DNA of 47,150 nucleotides from an uncultured Senimuribacter sp. (GTDB lineage Bacteria; Bacillota; Clostridia; Peptostreptococcales; Anaerovoracaceae): NCBI GenBank assembly GCA_964525085.1, contig CAZGED010000001.1, positions 1 to 47,150 of the forward strand, read 5' to 3'. Shown piece by piece: positions 1 to 10,039 of this stretch (position 1 is its first letter; each line of letters starts with the position of its first letter). The notes under the pieces were generated by a model. It saw only the letters and a program-made list of their open reading frames with translations, ran no database searches and was not told where the DNA came from. The position numbers and the translations under genes were made by a program.

Positions 1-597
1 AAAATCCGCCTCTGTCTCGATCTGCCGCACCTCGTCCAAAAGGGCGAACTTGCTTTCTATCATGCCCCGCACGCAGGAGTACGGAAAGTATATGATGTAC
101 CGCTCTTCGTTGAGCTGGTTGATGGAGCCTGTGCATTTGGAGGCCCATTTGCGTATGGCTTTATCTACCTCCGTGGACACCAGCATTCTCTTGCTTGCTG
201 AGGTGCTGGCGATCAGATCGTCATAGTTGTCGATATTGATCTTGGCTACGCAGACCCTTTCGTCGTTGTACCGCTCCTTCAGTTTTTCAAAATTTGTGAT
301 ATCTTCAAAGAAGACCAGCAGGTTGGCGTCCTCCCCTTCTCCTTCAAGGTTGATCATCAAGCGGAACTGTTTTCCGTTCCGCTCCAGCACACGATACTGG
401 TCGGAGCCGATCTCCTGAAACAGCTCGGAAACCTTGATCCCTGTCAAAGCGAAAAAATCCGCGCTTTCGATTCCATCATAAATGAAAACCTCACTGATGT
501 GGTCGTTGGACCGGACGACTTTTCCGTTCCTGCTGACGATGCACATCGGAAGGGGAATATAGGATGAAACCAGCTTCCCAAATAATGTTTCTGACAT
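1..597 (-). CDS. gdpP: c-di-AMP phosphodiesterase GdpP/YybT family, 5' part (PAS + degenerate GGDEF); runs off the window edge
   Basis: Not in the ORF track. Manual translation from ATG 597 (RBS AGAGGA): MSETLFGKLVSSYIPLPMCIVSRNGKVV...VCVAKINIDNYDDLIAS...VSTEVDKAIRKWA...ESKFALLDEVRQIETEADF, which matches the GdpP 'IDNYDE...KFxILDxVR' pattern. Confidence 0.85.
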   Translation of the reverse strand, partial: MSETLFGKLVSSYIPLPMCIVSRNGKVVRSNDHISEVFIYDGIESADFFALTGIKVSELFQEIGSDQYRVLERNGKQFRLMINLEGEGEDANLLVFFEDITNFEKLKERYNDERVCVAKINIDNYDDLIASTSASKRMLVSTEVDKAIRKWASKCTGSINQLNEERYIIYFPYSCVRGMIESKFALLDEVRQIETEADF

Positions 598-759
598 TTT
601 TTATCCTCTTCTTTTATCCTCTTCATTCACAAACAGCGGTGTATTTAAATATACCATGAAACTGTTCTTCATTGGTGTAGTTTTTGTGATAATAATAGAA
701 TAGTATACCACATTTCTGCTTAGATTGCAAAGTATTCGCGAATTGCCGCTTCTTCTGCC

Positions 760-1509
760 CTACCGGCCGGTATGCCTGCCCGCCGGTACGCCGGACATAT
801 CCCTGACCCGAAGCCTGCCGCCGCACCTGCTGCATCTGTAATCTTCCGGATGATCGACGACTCTGCTCCTGCGCATACGATAGAACCTGACGCCGCAGGC
901 GGCACACTCTATTTCATATTTATATTGAGGTTCTTCCCCTTCCCTCGCCAGACCCGGTATCTGGCTGCTGTCTGCTCTCACTCTGATGTGGCTGCCGTAG
1001 GCCCGGTTGATCCGGTCAGCCAGCGATTTCCACTTCTGTCCGTGATTGAGACAGCCGGGGCACGTATGGAGCAGCTCGTGAAAGATCACGTCCTTCAGGT
1101 CTGCGTCTGAGCATTTTTCCATGATGGAGGATACTTCTATGACAAATCCCGTTCTGCCCCTCTCCTTCACCACCTTGCAGCATCCCAGCCGCTTCTTTGC
1201 CCGCCGGTTTTCCTTGATTGCGAAGATCCGCCGCGATGGCTCTATTCCGGTGGCCCTCATCTCTTTGATACAGGTATCCATTAGGGACGCCAGCCGGACG
1301 GCAAAGCAGCCGCCGAAGGACGCGCCAGAGGACCCGTTGCCGCACGACGATCCGGAGGACGGGCTGCAGGCTCTGTCGAAAAACGAGCTGTGGGGCATGC
1401 TGGAGGACGATCCGCAAGCCCTGCCGGGCACGGCGCGTTCGTGAGTCTTTTTCTGATCTATGCTTTTATCTGTGCTTCTATGTGTGCTATTATGTGTGTG
1501 TTTTTCCAC
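760..1509 (-). CDS. SprT-like zinc metalloprotease with C-terminal Zn ribbon; start uncertain
   Basis: RLGCC motif, HELLH, HGQKWK, CAAC...CSRC zinc ribbon; low-complexity N-terminal extension. Confidence 0.85.
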   Translation of the reverse strand: MEKHTHNSTHRSTDKSIDQKKTHERAVPGRACGSSSSMPHSSFFDRACSPSSGSSCGNGSSGASFGGCFAVRLASLMDTCIKEMRATGIEPSRRIFAIKENRRAKKRLGCCKVVKERGRTGFVIEVSSIMEKCSDADLKDVIFHELLHTCPGCLNHGQKWKSLADRINRAYGSHIRVRADSSQIPGLAREGEEPQYKYEIECAACGVRFYRMRRSRVVDHPEDYRCSRCGGRLRVRDMSGVPAGRHTGR

Positions 1510-1649
1510 CGACTTCGATCCTTTTCTTCTTTATTATTTTATGCGCGCGTTACGCGCGCGCTGTATGCTTCTCTTTCGCACCTGCCCTCGGCTGGGCTTT
1601 TGGCCGGAAAAGAAACAGGATGCTCCTAAAAGGGCATCCCGATTTGCAT

Positions 1650-1665
1650 GGTTTCATGTGAAACA
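1650..1665. promoter_or_regulatory. degenerate parS site
   Basis: GGTTTCATGTGAAACA, 2 mismatches to TGTTTCACGTGAAACA, immediately downstream of parB. Confidence 0.65.
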
Positions 1666-1672
1666 ATGTTCG

Positions 1673-2578
1673 CTATTCCACTGATTTCAACAATTCTATC
1701 AATCGATTCAGTTCTTCTGTACTGTAGTATTCCAGCTCGATGCTGCCCTTTTTCCCCTTTTGGTGGATGCTGACTTTGGTACCGAACAGACTTTTCAATT
1801 CCTGCTCCACATGAAGCGTATCGGCGCTTTTTGTCTTTTTCGCGGGTTTCCGTTTCGCCTTGCCGGCGCCGGATACCAGCTCTTCTACCTTTCTTACGGA
1901 TAAGCCTTCCTCTATAATTCTTTTGCACAGCCGTGCCTGCAGAGCCTTATCCTGAATGGGTATCAACGCCCTGGCATGGCCCGTAGTCAGCTTTCCCTCT
2001 GTCACCAGCTGCTGGATTTCCACAGGCAGCTTCAAAAGCCGGAGCGCGTTTGTGATATACGGACGGCTTTTGCTAACGCTCCTGGATACTTCCTCCTGCG
2101 TCAGGCCGTAGATTTTGATCATCTGGTTCAGCCCTTCCGCTTCCTCTATCGGATTCAGATCCTCCCGCTGCATATTTTCTATGATGGCGATGAGCATATT
2201 CTCCTCATCGGTAAATTCTCTGATCAGGCAGGGAACCTCTCTCAATTCCGCTTTTCTCGCCGCTCTCCACCTGCGTTCTCCTGCGACGATCTCATATCCC
2301 CTTTTTTTCTTCCTGACGACCAGGGGCTGTATGATACCGTGTTCTTTAATAGAGTCGGCCAGCTCGCCGATCTTCTCCTCGTCAAAGTTTTTTCTCGGCT
2401 GATTTTCGTTAGGTTTTATTTCATTGATGTCAATATATATAACCGCGTCTCTCCCTTTAGCCGGCAAGCCTTCCTCTTCTTCCCTGTCCATTCTGTCAGG
2501 CTGTATCACAGGGGCCTGATCCGCAAAGAGAGCGTCCAGGCCCCTGCCCAATCCTCTGTTCTTCGCTTTCCCTGCCAT
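1673..2578 (-). CDS. parB: ParB/Spo0J chromosome partitioning protein
   Basis: GLGRGLDALF N-terminus, NQPRKNF, AGERRWRAA, ENMQREDL; ATG at 2578 overlaps the parA stop (TAATG). Confidence 0.96.
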   Translation of the reverse strand: MAGKAKNRGLGRGLDALFADQAPVIQPDRMDREEEEGLPAKGRDAVIYIDINEIKPNENQPRKNFDEEKIGELADSIKEHGIIQPLVVRKKKRGYEIVAGERRWRAARKAELREVPCLIREFTDEENMLIAIIENMQREDLNPIEEAEGLNQMIKIYGLTQEEVSRSVSKSRPYITNALRLLKLPVEIQQLVTEGKLTTGHARALIPIQDKALQARLCKRIIEEGLSVRKVEELVSGAGKAKRKPAKKTKSADTLHVEQELKSLFGTKVSIHQKGKKGSIELEYYSTEELNRLIELLKSVE

Positions 2579-3351
2579 TAACGATTCTCCTCCCATTCAA
2601 GAAATTCTTCTGCGAAATCTCTATATGCTTCCGCACCTCTGGATTTCGGGTCGTACTCGGTGATAGCCATTCCAAAGCTGGGTGCTTCCGCCAGACGGAT
2701 ATTTCTTGGAATAACCGTGGAGTAGACCTTGGAGCCGAAGTATTTTTTTACCTCCTGTACCACCTGAATGGACAGATTGGTTCTGCCGTCAAACATACTG
2801 AGGATGACGCCTTCTATTTCCAGCTTCTTGTTGAGATTCTTCTTCACCAGTTCGATGGTGCTGACCAGCTGGCTCACACCCTCCAGGGCGTAGAATTCAC
2901 ATTGGATCGGAATCAGCACACTATCCACAGCGGTCAGAGAATTGATGGTCAGCAGGCCGAGAGACGGCGGACAGTCGATGAGCACGTAATCATAGTCGTC
3001 CTTTACCTTCTCGATCGCCTTGCGGAGCCTTCCCTCTCTTCCTTCAAATTCCACCAGCTCTATTTCCGCACCTGCCAGATCCACGCTGGCCGGTATGATA
3101 TCCAGGTTTTCCACTCCTGTATTGATGATTGCCTTTTTCGTGTCAAAGTTATCCTCTATGAGCAGATCATAAACGGTGTATTGCAGATCCTTTTTAGAGA
3201 TGCCGATGCCGCTGGTGGTATTTCCCTGCGGATCAATATCCAGCATCAGTATTTTCTTACCTCTCATTGCCAGACTTGCACCCAAATTGATATTGGTGGT
3301 TGTTTTACCTACACCGCCCTTTTGGTTAAAAATCGCAATTGCTTTTCCCAA
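2578..3351 (-). CDS. parA: ParA/Soj ATPase
   Basis: NQKGGVGKTT deviant Walker A, DIDPQGN, DCPPSLG, IPRNIRLAEAPSFG; TTG start. Confidence 0.97.
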   Translation of the reverse strand: MGKAIAIFNQKGGVGKTTTNINLGASLAMRGKKILMLDIDPQGNTTSGIGISKKDLQYTVYDLLIEDNFDTKKAIINTGVENLDIIPASVDLAGAEIELVEFEGREGRLRKAIEKVKDDYDYVLIDCPPSLGLLTINSLTAVDSVLIPIQCEFYALEGVSQLVSTIELVKKNLNKKLEIEGVILSMFDGRTNLSIQVVQEVKKYFGSKVYSTVIPRNIRLAEAPSFGMAITEYDPKSRGAEAYRDFAEEFLEWEENR

Positions 3352-3438
3352 TGTTATGCCTCCTGCTATAATTCTTGCTACTATTATTATATCGTATCTC
3401 CTCGGATTTTACCACCCGTTTTGCGAAAAAAACAGAGA

Positions 3439-3454
3439 TGTTTCACGTGAAACA
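3439..3454. promoter_or_regulatory. consensus parS site within a 40-bp perfect palindrome (3427-3466)
   Basis: TGTTTCACGTGAAACA exact match. Confidence 0.95.
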
Positions 3455-4237
3455 TCTCTGTTTTTTCGGAATCACGATTTTCAACTCGATATATTCCCCT
3501 TTATCGTCCTCATAAAACTCCGCATTCTCTTCCATATCGTGGATCTGAGCAAAGGCCTTCTTTATGGTGTTCATATAGATTTTATAGCTTATGTATCCGA
3601 TTCTTTTCTTCTTTCTCATGGAGGCTTCTTCCTTAGCCAGATACTCGTCGATAAGCTTTTCTGTCTGCTTTACGTTAAGATTGTGATGGATCACTCTCTG
3701 CAGCACCTTCTTTCTGATCTCCGGCTTGTCCACACGCAAAAGCGCTCTCGCATGGCGTTCGGTCAGGTGGGCGTCAACCAGCTGCTGTTGGATATCCGGC
3801 GGCAGAGTCAGGATGCGCAGCTTGTTGGAAATCGTGGACTGGCGTTTTCCGATCCTGGCCGCAAGCTCTCCCTGGGTAAGACCGAAATCATCGATCAGCT
3901 TCTTATAGGCATAAGCCTCCTCTATGTAACTGAGATCCTCCCGCTGCACGTTTTCCACCACGGAAATGAAAGCGGCGTCCTTCTCATCAAAATCCTTGAT
4001 CAGAGCCGGAATCCTGCTGAGTCCCGCCAGCTTGGCGGCCCGCAGTCTTCTCTCGCCGGCAATAAGAAAATAGGTTCCATCTTTATCTTTTTTTACTAAA
4101 ATAGGCTGCAAAACGCCGTATTCCGCGATGGAATCTCTCAGATCAAAGAGCTCTTCCTCCGAGAAAAACTTTCTCGGCTGTTCCGGGTTTGTACACACAC
4201 TGCTGATAGGCAGCTCCACACTTTTACGCTGTAACAT
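3443..4237 (-). CDS. noc: ParB-family nucleoid occlusion protein (Noc-like)
   Basis: NPEQPRKFF, AGERRLRAA, ENVQREDL, LTERHARALL; lies between rsmG and parA. Confidence 0.85.
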   Translation of the reverse strand: MLQRKSVELPISSVCTNPEQPRKFFSEEELFDLRDSIAEYGVLQPILVKKDKDGTYFLIAGERRLRAAKLAGLSRIPALIKDFDEKDAAFISVVENVQREDLSYIEEAYAYKKLIDDFGLTQGELAARIGKRQSTISNKLRILTLPPDIQQQLVDAHLTERHARALLRVDKPEIRKKVLQRVIHHNLNVKQTEKLIDEYLAKEEASMRKKKRIGYISYKIYMNTIKKAFAQIHDMEENAEFYEDDKGEYIELKIVIPKKQRCFT

Positions 4238-4319
4238 GGTATCCCTCCTTTTTATCCATCATACCATGTTTTCCCGGGAAATGATACAAAAAGCGTTCGA
4301 CAAAAAAACCCACACTTCG

Positions 4320-5024
4320 TCAGCGTATGGGTTCCTTCGCAGGTGTTCCCGCCTTTCTCGGGTATTTCGCGGGCGTTTCCTTTATTTTTTCAATGACCGC
4401 TATGTTGTGGGCGTAGCCGTCCAGGTCCACGGACTGTATCCTGTCGACCCTGCCGCCCAGGATCTGAATGGCTTTAGCCGCCTCCTTGACTTCTTTCTCA
4501 GCGTCAGGTCCCTTGTAGGCCAGCAGGTATCCGCCGGTTCTGACAAAGGGCAGGCAGTACTCGGCCAGGACCGCCAGGTTCGCTACGGCCCGGCTGACGC
4601 ACAGATCAAAGGACTGGCGGTAGGCTTTGTTCTTTGCCAGCTCCTCCGCCCTGCCGTGCACCGTGATTACATTGGTTATGCCGGCCTCCTGGGTCAGCGC
4701 GTCGATGACCCGCAGCCGCTTGTTCAGGGAATCCGCCAGAAGAAATTCCTTTTCAGGGCTGACAATGGCCAGCGGCACGCCCGGAAATCCGGCGCCCGTG
4801 CCCACGTCTATGATCTTTGCTGCCCTCCTGTATTCATCAAAGGGCGCGCAGAGTACCGAGTCTACAAAGTGCTTCTGTATAAAATCGGTTTCGTCGGTAA
4901 TGGCCGTCAGATTGATCTTCTCATTCCACTGCAGGACACCTCGCATATAGGAAGCAAACTGCTCCTCCATCTTCCGGCTCAGGGGTATTTCCATCTGCGC
5001 GAAGGCATTTCTCAACTGTTCCAT
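4320..5024 (-). CDS. rsmG: 16S rRNA m7G527 methyltransferase
   Basis: NLTAI, KHFVDS, DVGTGAGFPG, SRAVA, YPRKAGTP. Confidence 0.97.
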   Translation of the reverse strand: MEQLRNAFAQMEIPLSRKMEEQFASYMRGVLQWNEKINLTAITDETDFIQKHFVDSVLCAPFDEYRRAAKIIDVGTGAGFPGVPLAIVSPEKEFLLADSLNKRLRVIDALTQEAGITNVITVHGRAEELAKNKAYRQSFDLCVSRAVANLAVLAEYCLPFVRTGGYLLAYKGPDAEKEVKEAAKAIQILGGRVDRIQSVDLDGYAHNIAVIEKIKETPAKYPRKAGTPAKEPIR

Positions 5025-5033
5025 ATAACCGCC

Positions 5034-6911
5034 TTATTTCTTTCTCCTTGTCTTTTCCAGATAGATCATCAAGACGTTGATATCCGCCGGTGAAACGCCG
5101 GAAATCCGCGACGCCTGGCCCATGGAACGGGGACGTATCTGGTTCAGCTTCTGCATGGCTTCGATGCGCAGGCCTTCGATGGCACTGTAATCCAGATCCT
5201 CATCCAGCTGCTTGGTTTCCAGCTTCTTGAAGCGCTCGATCTGAGCCAGCTGCTTGGTGATGTAACCGGCGTACTTGATCTGCACCTCCAGCTGATTTTC
5301 CTCGTGGGAGGACAACTGTCCCCGCTCCTGGTCTATGGCCTGAAGATTTTCGTAGGTTACCTCGGGTCTCTTTAGCAGCTCGGCCAGGGTCGCCCTGTTC
5401 TGCAGCGGCGCACTGCCGATGCTCTCCAGATATTCGTTGGCCTCCCCTGGATAAACATAGGTATTTTCCAGTCTTTTCTTTTCTGCTTCCACCCGCTCCT
5501 TCTTGGCGAGAAACCTATCATATCTTTCCTGATCAGCCAGTCCAATCCTGTAAGATTTTTCCGTTAAGCGCATGTCTGCGTTATCTTGCCTCAGAACCAG
5601 CCTATATTCCGCTCTGCTGGTCATAATTCTGTAAGGCTCATTCGTACCTTTTGTGACCAGATCGTCGATGAGAACGCCAATATAAGCCTCACTTCTGTCC
5701 AGAACAAACGGTTCTTTTCCATTTATTAACAGAGAAGCGTTGATTCCCGCCATCAATCCCTGGGCCGCCGCTTCTTCATATCCGGAACTTCCGTTAAACT
5801 GTCCCGCACAAAATAAATTCTTAATATACCTGTTTTCTAAATTCGTTTTCAGATCCAACGGATCTATGCAATCATACTCTATAGCGTAAGCAGGTCGTGT
5901 GATAACGATATTTTCAAGTCCTGGTATAGTATGATAAAATTCTAATTGCACATCTTCGGGTAAACTTGACGACATACCTTGGATATACATTTCCTCAGTA
6001 TCAAGTCCTTCTGGTTCTACAAATAATTGATGTCTCTTTTTATCAGCGAATCTATTTACTTTATCTTCGATAGATGGGCAATATCTTGGTCCTATTCCTT
6101 CTATTTGTCCTCCAAACAATGCAGATCTATGAAAATTGTTTCTTATCACTGTATGTGTTTCTTCATTTGTATAGGTTAACCAACAAGAAATCTGATCCTT
6201 TTCTAATCTATCATTCATAAAAGAAAAAGGTACTATTTTATTATCACCCTTTTGTTCTGACATTTTACTGTAATCAAAAGTAGACGCCAACGCCCTCGCC
6301 GGCGTTCCCGTCTTAAATCTCCGCAGCTTCATACCGTGCTTCCGCAGATTATCCGCCAGCTGCACCGACGGCGCAAGACCGTTGGGGCCGCTGGAAAAAC
6401 AGCTGTCTCCGATGAAGATCTTGCCCCGGAGAAAGGTTCCGGTAGCCAGAATCACAGCTTTCGCCTTATACCAGGCGTGGGTCATGGTCACAACGCCGCG
6501 GACCTGCCCGTCCTCGACGACCAGATCCACCACTTCCGCCTGCTTCATATCCAGGTTCGGCTGTTTTTCAATGGTCTTCTTCATCTCCGTATGGTATTTG
6601 TGCTTATCGGCCTGGGCCCGCAGAGAATGAACCGCCGGTCCCTTTGCCGTGTTCAGCATTCTGCTTTGGATGAAGGTCTTGTCGATGTTCTTTCCCATCT
6701 CGCCGCCCAAGGCGTCGATTTCCCGGACCAGATGTCCTTTGCCGGTTCCTCCGATGGAAGGATTGCAGGGCATCATGGCGATGGCTTCCAGATTGATGGA
6801 AAAGAGCAGCGTCTTATTTCCCATCCTGGCCGCCGCCAGAGCCGCTTCGCAGCCGGCATGGCCCGCGCCTACCACGATGATGTCATATTCACCCATTAAA
6901 ATATGTTCCAT
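5034..6911 (-). CDS. mnmG: tRNA U34 carboxymethylaminomethyl modification enzyme MnmG (GidA)
   Basis: [37 protein letters not shown]; start placed at ATG 6911 behind GGGAG. Confidence 0.97.
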   Translation of the reverse strand: MEHILMGEYDIIVVGAGHAGCEAALAAARMGNKTLLFSINLEAIAMMPCNPSIGGTGKGHLVREIDALGGEMGKNIDKTFIQSRMLNTAKGPAVHSLRAQADKHKYHTEMKKTIEKQPNLDMKQAEVVDLVVEDGQVRGVVTMTHAWYKAKAVILATGTFLRGKIFIGDSCFSSGPNGLAPSVQLADNLRKHGMKLRRFKTGTPARALASTFDYSKMSEQKGDNKIVPFSFMNDRLEKDQISCWLTYTNEETHTVIRNNFHRSALFGGQIEGIGPRYCPSIEDKVNRFADKKRHQLFVEPEGLDTEEMYIQGMSSSLPEDVQLEFYHTIPGLENIVITRPAYAIEYDCIDPLDLKTNLENRYIKNLFCAGQFNGSSGYEEAAAQGLMAGINASLLINGKEPFVLDRSEAYIGVLIDDLVTKGTNEPYRIMTSRAEYRLVLRQDNADMRLTEKSYRIGLADQERYDRFLAKKERVEAEKKRLENTYVYPGEANEYLESIGSAPLQNRATLAELLKRPEVTYENLQAIDQERGQLSSHEENQLEVQIKYAGYITKQLAQIERFKKLETKQLDEDLDYSAIEGLRIEAMQKLNQIRPRSMGQASRISGVSPADINVLMIYLEKTRRKK

Positions 6912-6919
6912 ACGTCTCC

Positions 6920-8290
6920 CTACTTTCCTAAGCAAAATCGTGAAAATACTTCGTTGATGATATCGTCCTGCACGGTTTCTCCGATGATCTCCCCGAGCCG
7001 TTCATAACAGCTGTTGACGTCGATCTCGATCAATTCCAGTGCTTCTTTTCGCGCCGTCATGGACATGCCGTCCTTTGCCGACAGCAGCGCCTTTTCCAGA
7101 AGATCCTGATGCCGGGCGCTGGTCACCATGACGCTTTCGCTCTGGCTGACCCTTCCGCCGTATACCATGGATACCACCTGATCCTCGATCAAAGAGATTC
7201 CGTCCCGGGTTTCCATAGACGTCTCGATGATGCAGACGCCCGGCAGCAGATCCTCTATCTCGGACCTGTGAAGAACCGGCTGCAGATCGATCTTATTGAA
7301 GACGACGATGGTCTTTTCCGGATGAATCAGTTCCATGATCTCCCGATCTTCTTCTTCCAGCGGCCTGCTGGAATCCAGAATGAAAATGACCAGATCCGCC
7401 TGGTTAAAGGATGCTTTTGATCTCTCGATACCAATCTTTTCAATCACGTCGTCGGTATGGCGGATGCCCGCCGTATCGGTCAGCCGGACCGGTATCCCTT
7501 TGATGCTCAAATGCTCCTCTATGGTATCTCTGGTGGTGCCCGGTATATCGGTAACGATGGCCCTGGCGTCACCCAGAAGGCTGTTCATCAGAGACGACTT
7601 TCCCACATTGGGCTTACCGATGATGGCAACGGCGAGGCCGTCCTGCAGAATACGGCCGGTTGAAGCGCTGGAAAGCAGGGTCTCTATACCGTTCTGTACC
7701 TGCTTCAGGTCTGCCTCCAGCTTATCATAGGTGATCTCCTCTATATCCTCATCGGGATAATCTATATTGACCGCGATATTCACCAAAACATCGACAAGTT
7801 CTTTTCTGATGCTCCTGATCCTCTCGGAAAAATGTCCGTCCAGCTGGGACATAGCCACGTCAAAGGTCTTGTCCGTCTTTGCCCGTATCAGATCAATGAC
7901 GGCCTCAGCCTGGGTCAGATCCAGCCTCCCGTTTAAAAAGGCGCGTTTCGTAAATTCCCCAGGGTCAGCCATTCTCACTCCCTGCCGCAGGACCAGCTGC
8001 AGGGTCTGTCTCAGCGGGATCATGCCGCCGTGGCAGTTGATTTCAACCACGTCCTCCACCGTATAGGTCTTAGGTCCCATCATATAGACGCAGAGTACCT
8101 CGTCTATCTTCCGGCCGTCCTCAGGATCGACGACAGTTCCGTATGTCATTCTCCGGCTTTCCACAGGCTTTCCGTTGGCGGGAACAAATACCCGTTCCAT
8201 GACTTCCTTTGCCCGCTCACCACTGATCCTGATGATTCCGATTCCTCCTTCGCCGGGAGGGGTTGCAATTGCAGCAATCGTATCTTCCAT
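6920..8290 (-). CDS. mnmE: tRNA modification GTPase MnmE (TrmE)
   Basis: [30 protein letters not shown]-terminal FCLGK; start ATG 8290. Confidence 0.97.
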   Translation of the reverse strand: MEDTIAAIATPPGEGGIGIIRISGERAKEVMERVFVPANGKPVESRRMTYGTVVDPEDGRKIDEVLCVYMMGPKTYTVEDVVEINCHGGMIPLRQTLQLVLRQGVRMADPGEFTKRAFLNGRLDLTQAEAVIDLIRAKTDKTFDVAMSQLDGHFSERIRSIRKELVDVLVNIAVNIDYPDEDIEEITYDKLEADLKQVQNGIETLLSSASTGRILQDGLAVAIIGKPNVGKSSLMNSLLGDARAIVTDIPGTTRDTIEEHLSIKGIPVRLTDTAGIRHTDDVIEKIGIERSKASFNQADLVIFILDSSRPLEEEDREIMELIHPEKTIVVFNKIDLQPVLHRSEIEDLLPGVCIIETSMETRDGISLIEDQVVSMVYGGRVSQSESVMVTSARHQDLLEKALLSAKDGMSMTARKEALELIEIDVNSCYERLGEIIGETVQDDIINEVFSRFCLGK

Positions 8291-8335
8291 GACGGTCTCC
8301 CCAAACTTCATTATAAGCAATTGATTGTAAACAAT

Positions 8336-8447
8336 AAAAGCCCGCTTCCTATGCGGGCATAACAAACACCGGATGTCACCCGCGTTTGCTGCAAGCGTCC
8401 GCTTCGTTCCCGGCAAGCAGGCTTGCCGGGAACTGGGCTTCGCTTTA
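8336..8447. repeat. REP/MITE-like palindromic insert between jag and mnmE
   Basis: Hairpins GCCCGC-N7-GCGGGC (8340-8358) and GTTCCCGGCAAGC-AG-GCTTGCCGGGAAC (8406-8433), with flanking GCTTCG motifs. Confidence 0.45.
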
Positions 8448-8450
8448 AAA

Positions 8451-9308
8451 TTACTTCAGCTCTATGATAACTCTTCTGTAAGGGTCCTGTCCCTCGCTTC
8501 TGGTCGTGACCCTGGAATTGCTCTGAAGGGTCGCGTGAATCACCTTACGTTCATAAGGATTCATTGGCTCAAGTCTTACACTTCTCTTTGTTTTTACGAC
8601 TTTATCTGCAAGCCGGTTGGCCAGCTTTTCCAGAGTCTTCTCTCTCTTGGCGCGATAATTCTCGGCGTCGACGACAACTCTGGTATACTTCTCATTGTCC
8701 TTATTTACGACGAGACTGGTCAGATACTGAATGGCGTCCAGCGTCTGTCCTCTCTTTCCGATCACAGTACCGGAATCCTTGCCGGAAATATTGACAAATA
8801 CGTTTTCCGCGTTGGCCTTGGCTGAAATCTTGATTTCCAGCCCCATCTGTTCTGTCACTTCCGCGAGGAAAGCGACGGCAGGATGCTCAGGCGCAGGTTC
8901 CAAATCGGTGAATTCAGCTTCCAGAGAGAATTTAGGAGCCGCTTCTTTTTCCTTCTGCTTCTCTCTTTTCTCGGATCTTCTTTCTCCTCTTCTTTCATTT
9001 CTCTGCCCCTTCTTCGCCTCCGGATTTTTCTCCTTCGCTTCGGACTTGGCAACCTTACTTTCTTCTTTTTCTTTCTTTATTTCTTCCTTTACCGGTTCAG
9101 GCTTTGGCTCTGGTTTTGGTTCCGGCGCAGGTTCTGGTTTCTTTTTTTCGACTCTGACTAAAGCAAGCTTAGAACCGATGCCGAAGAATCCTCTCGAAGG
9201 CTCTTCCAGCACAGTCACTTCAACTTCGTCTCTCGTCAATTTGAGATCCGCCAGTGCGAGATTGACAGCAGTCTCCACGTCGGTTCCCCATTTTTCAGAA
9301 ACATCCAT
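8451..9308 (-). CDS. jag: RNA-binding protein Jag/KhpB (EloR)
   Basis: Jag_N (GFFGIG), KH (IGKRGQTLDAIQ), R3H (ERKVIH); lies after yidC. Confidence 0.95.
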   Translation of the reverse strand: MDVSEKWGTDVETAVNLALADLKLTRDEVEVTVLEEPSRGFFGIGSKLALVRVEKKKPEPAPEPKPEPKPEPVKEEIKKEKEESKVAKSEAKEKNPEAKKGQRNERRGERRSEKREKQKEKEAAPKFSLEAEFTDLEPAPEHPAVAFLAEVTEQMGLEIKISAKANAENVFVNISGKDSGTVIGKRGQTLDAIQYLTSLVVNKDNEKYTRVVVDAENYRAKREKTLEKLANRLADKVVKTKRSVRLEPMNPYERKVIHATLQSNSRVTTRSEGQDPYRRVIIELK

Positions 9309-9330
9309 GTTTATATTCCTCCAATAGCTC

Positions 9331-10026
9331 CTACTTTTTTTTCTTCTTATTTGGTTTATTCTTCTCCTTCAGAGCTTTCCTAAGTGCATTAAAACGCAAG
9401 TTAAAGAAAATCTGAATGAACTGGCTCATGAACCAATAGATCGCCAATGCAGACGGATAAGATCTGGCGAGCCATACGATCATGATCGGGAAGAAGTACT
9501 TCATGATGTTCGTCATCATATTGGAGCCGGCCTGCGGATTTAAACCGGATTGCTGGTTCATCCAGAAGGAGAAGAACGTGGCTACACCCGCCGCGATCGG
9601 AAGGATCCACAGGTCAGGCTGGCTCAGGTCCTTGATCCACAGGAAGCTTTCGTGAATCGCGAAGTACATGCTGTCGTCAGACAGGTAGATCATCGGATTT
9701 CTCACCAAAGCAAAGAGACCCATGATGATGATCATCTGCACGATCATCGGCAGACATCCGCCCATCGGGTTGAAGTTCTCCTGCTGATACAGTTCTGCCA
9801 TCTTGGCATTCATTGTTTCTTTATCGTTTGCGTATTTCCTCTGGATCTCCTGGATCTTCGGCTGCATGTCGCTCATACCCGCAGTAGACAAGATCTGCTT
9901 CTTATAAAAAGGATACAGGATCATCTTTACGATAACAGTTATGATGACGACCGAGACGCCGTAATTTCCCACTACGCCGTAGAGCAGTGAGAGCAGCCAT
10001 CCCAGAGGTTTAGCTAATATTCCCAT
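9331..10026 (-). CDS. yidC: membrane protein insertase YidC/SpoIIIJ
   Basis: MQPKIQEIQRKY, NPMGGCLP, FLWIKDLSQPD, YW motif. Confidence 0.95.
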   Translation of the reverse strand: MGILAKPLGWLLSLLYGVVGNYGVSVVIITVIVKMILYPFYKKQILSTAGMSDMQPKIQEIQRKYANDKETMNAKMAELYQQENFNPMGGCLPMIVQMIIIMGLFALVRNPMIYLSDDSMYFAIHESFLWIKDLSQPDLWILPIAAGVATFFSFWMNQQSGLNPQAGSNMMTNIMKYFFPIMIVWLARSYPSALAIYWFMSQFIQIFFNLRFNALRKALKEKNKPNKKKKK

Positions 10027-10039
10027 TCGATTTCCTCCG

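Noticed and set aside
444-626. 60-aa ORF in the track
   Set aside because: Wrong frame; the gdpP frame starting at 597 explains this region
4267-4282. Possible extra parS sites (TGTTTTCCCGGGAAAT here; TGTTACACGACACAAA at 24160)
   Set aside because: Too many mismatches to the consensus
9090-9140. PEPK repeats in Jag, Ser-rich linker in the PepSY protein, Q/G/Y linker in SSB
   Set aside because: Ordinary low-complexity linkers for these families
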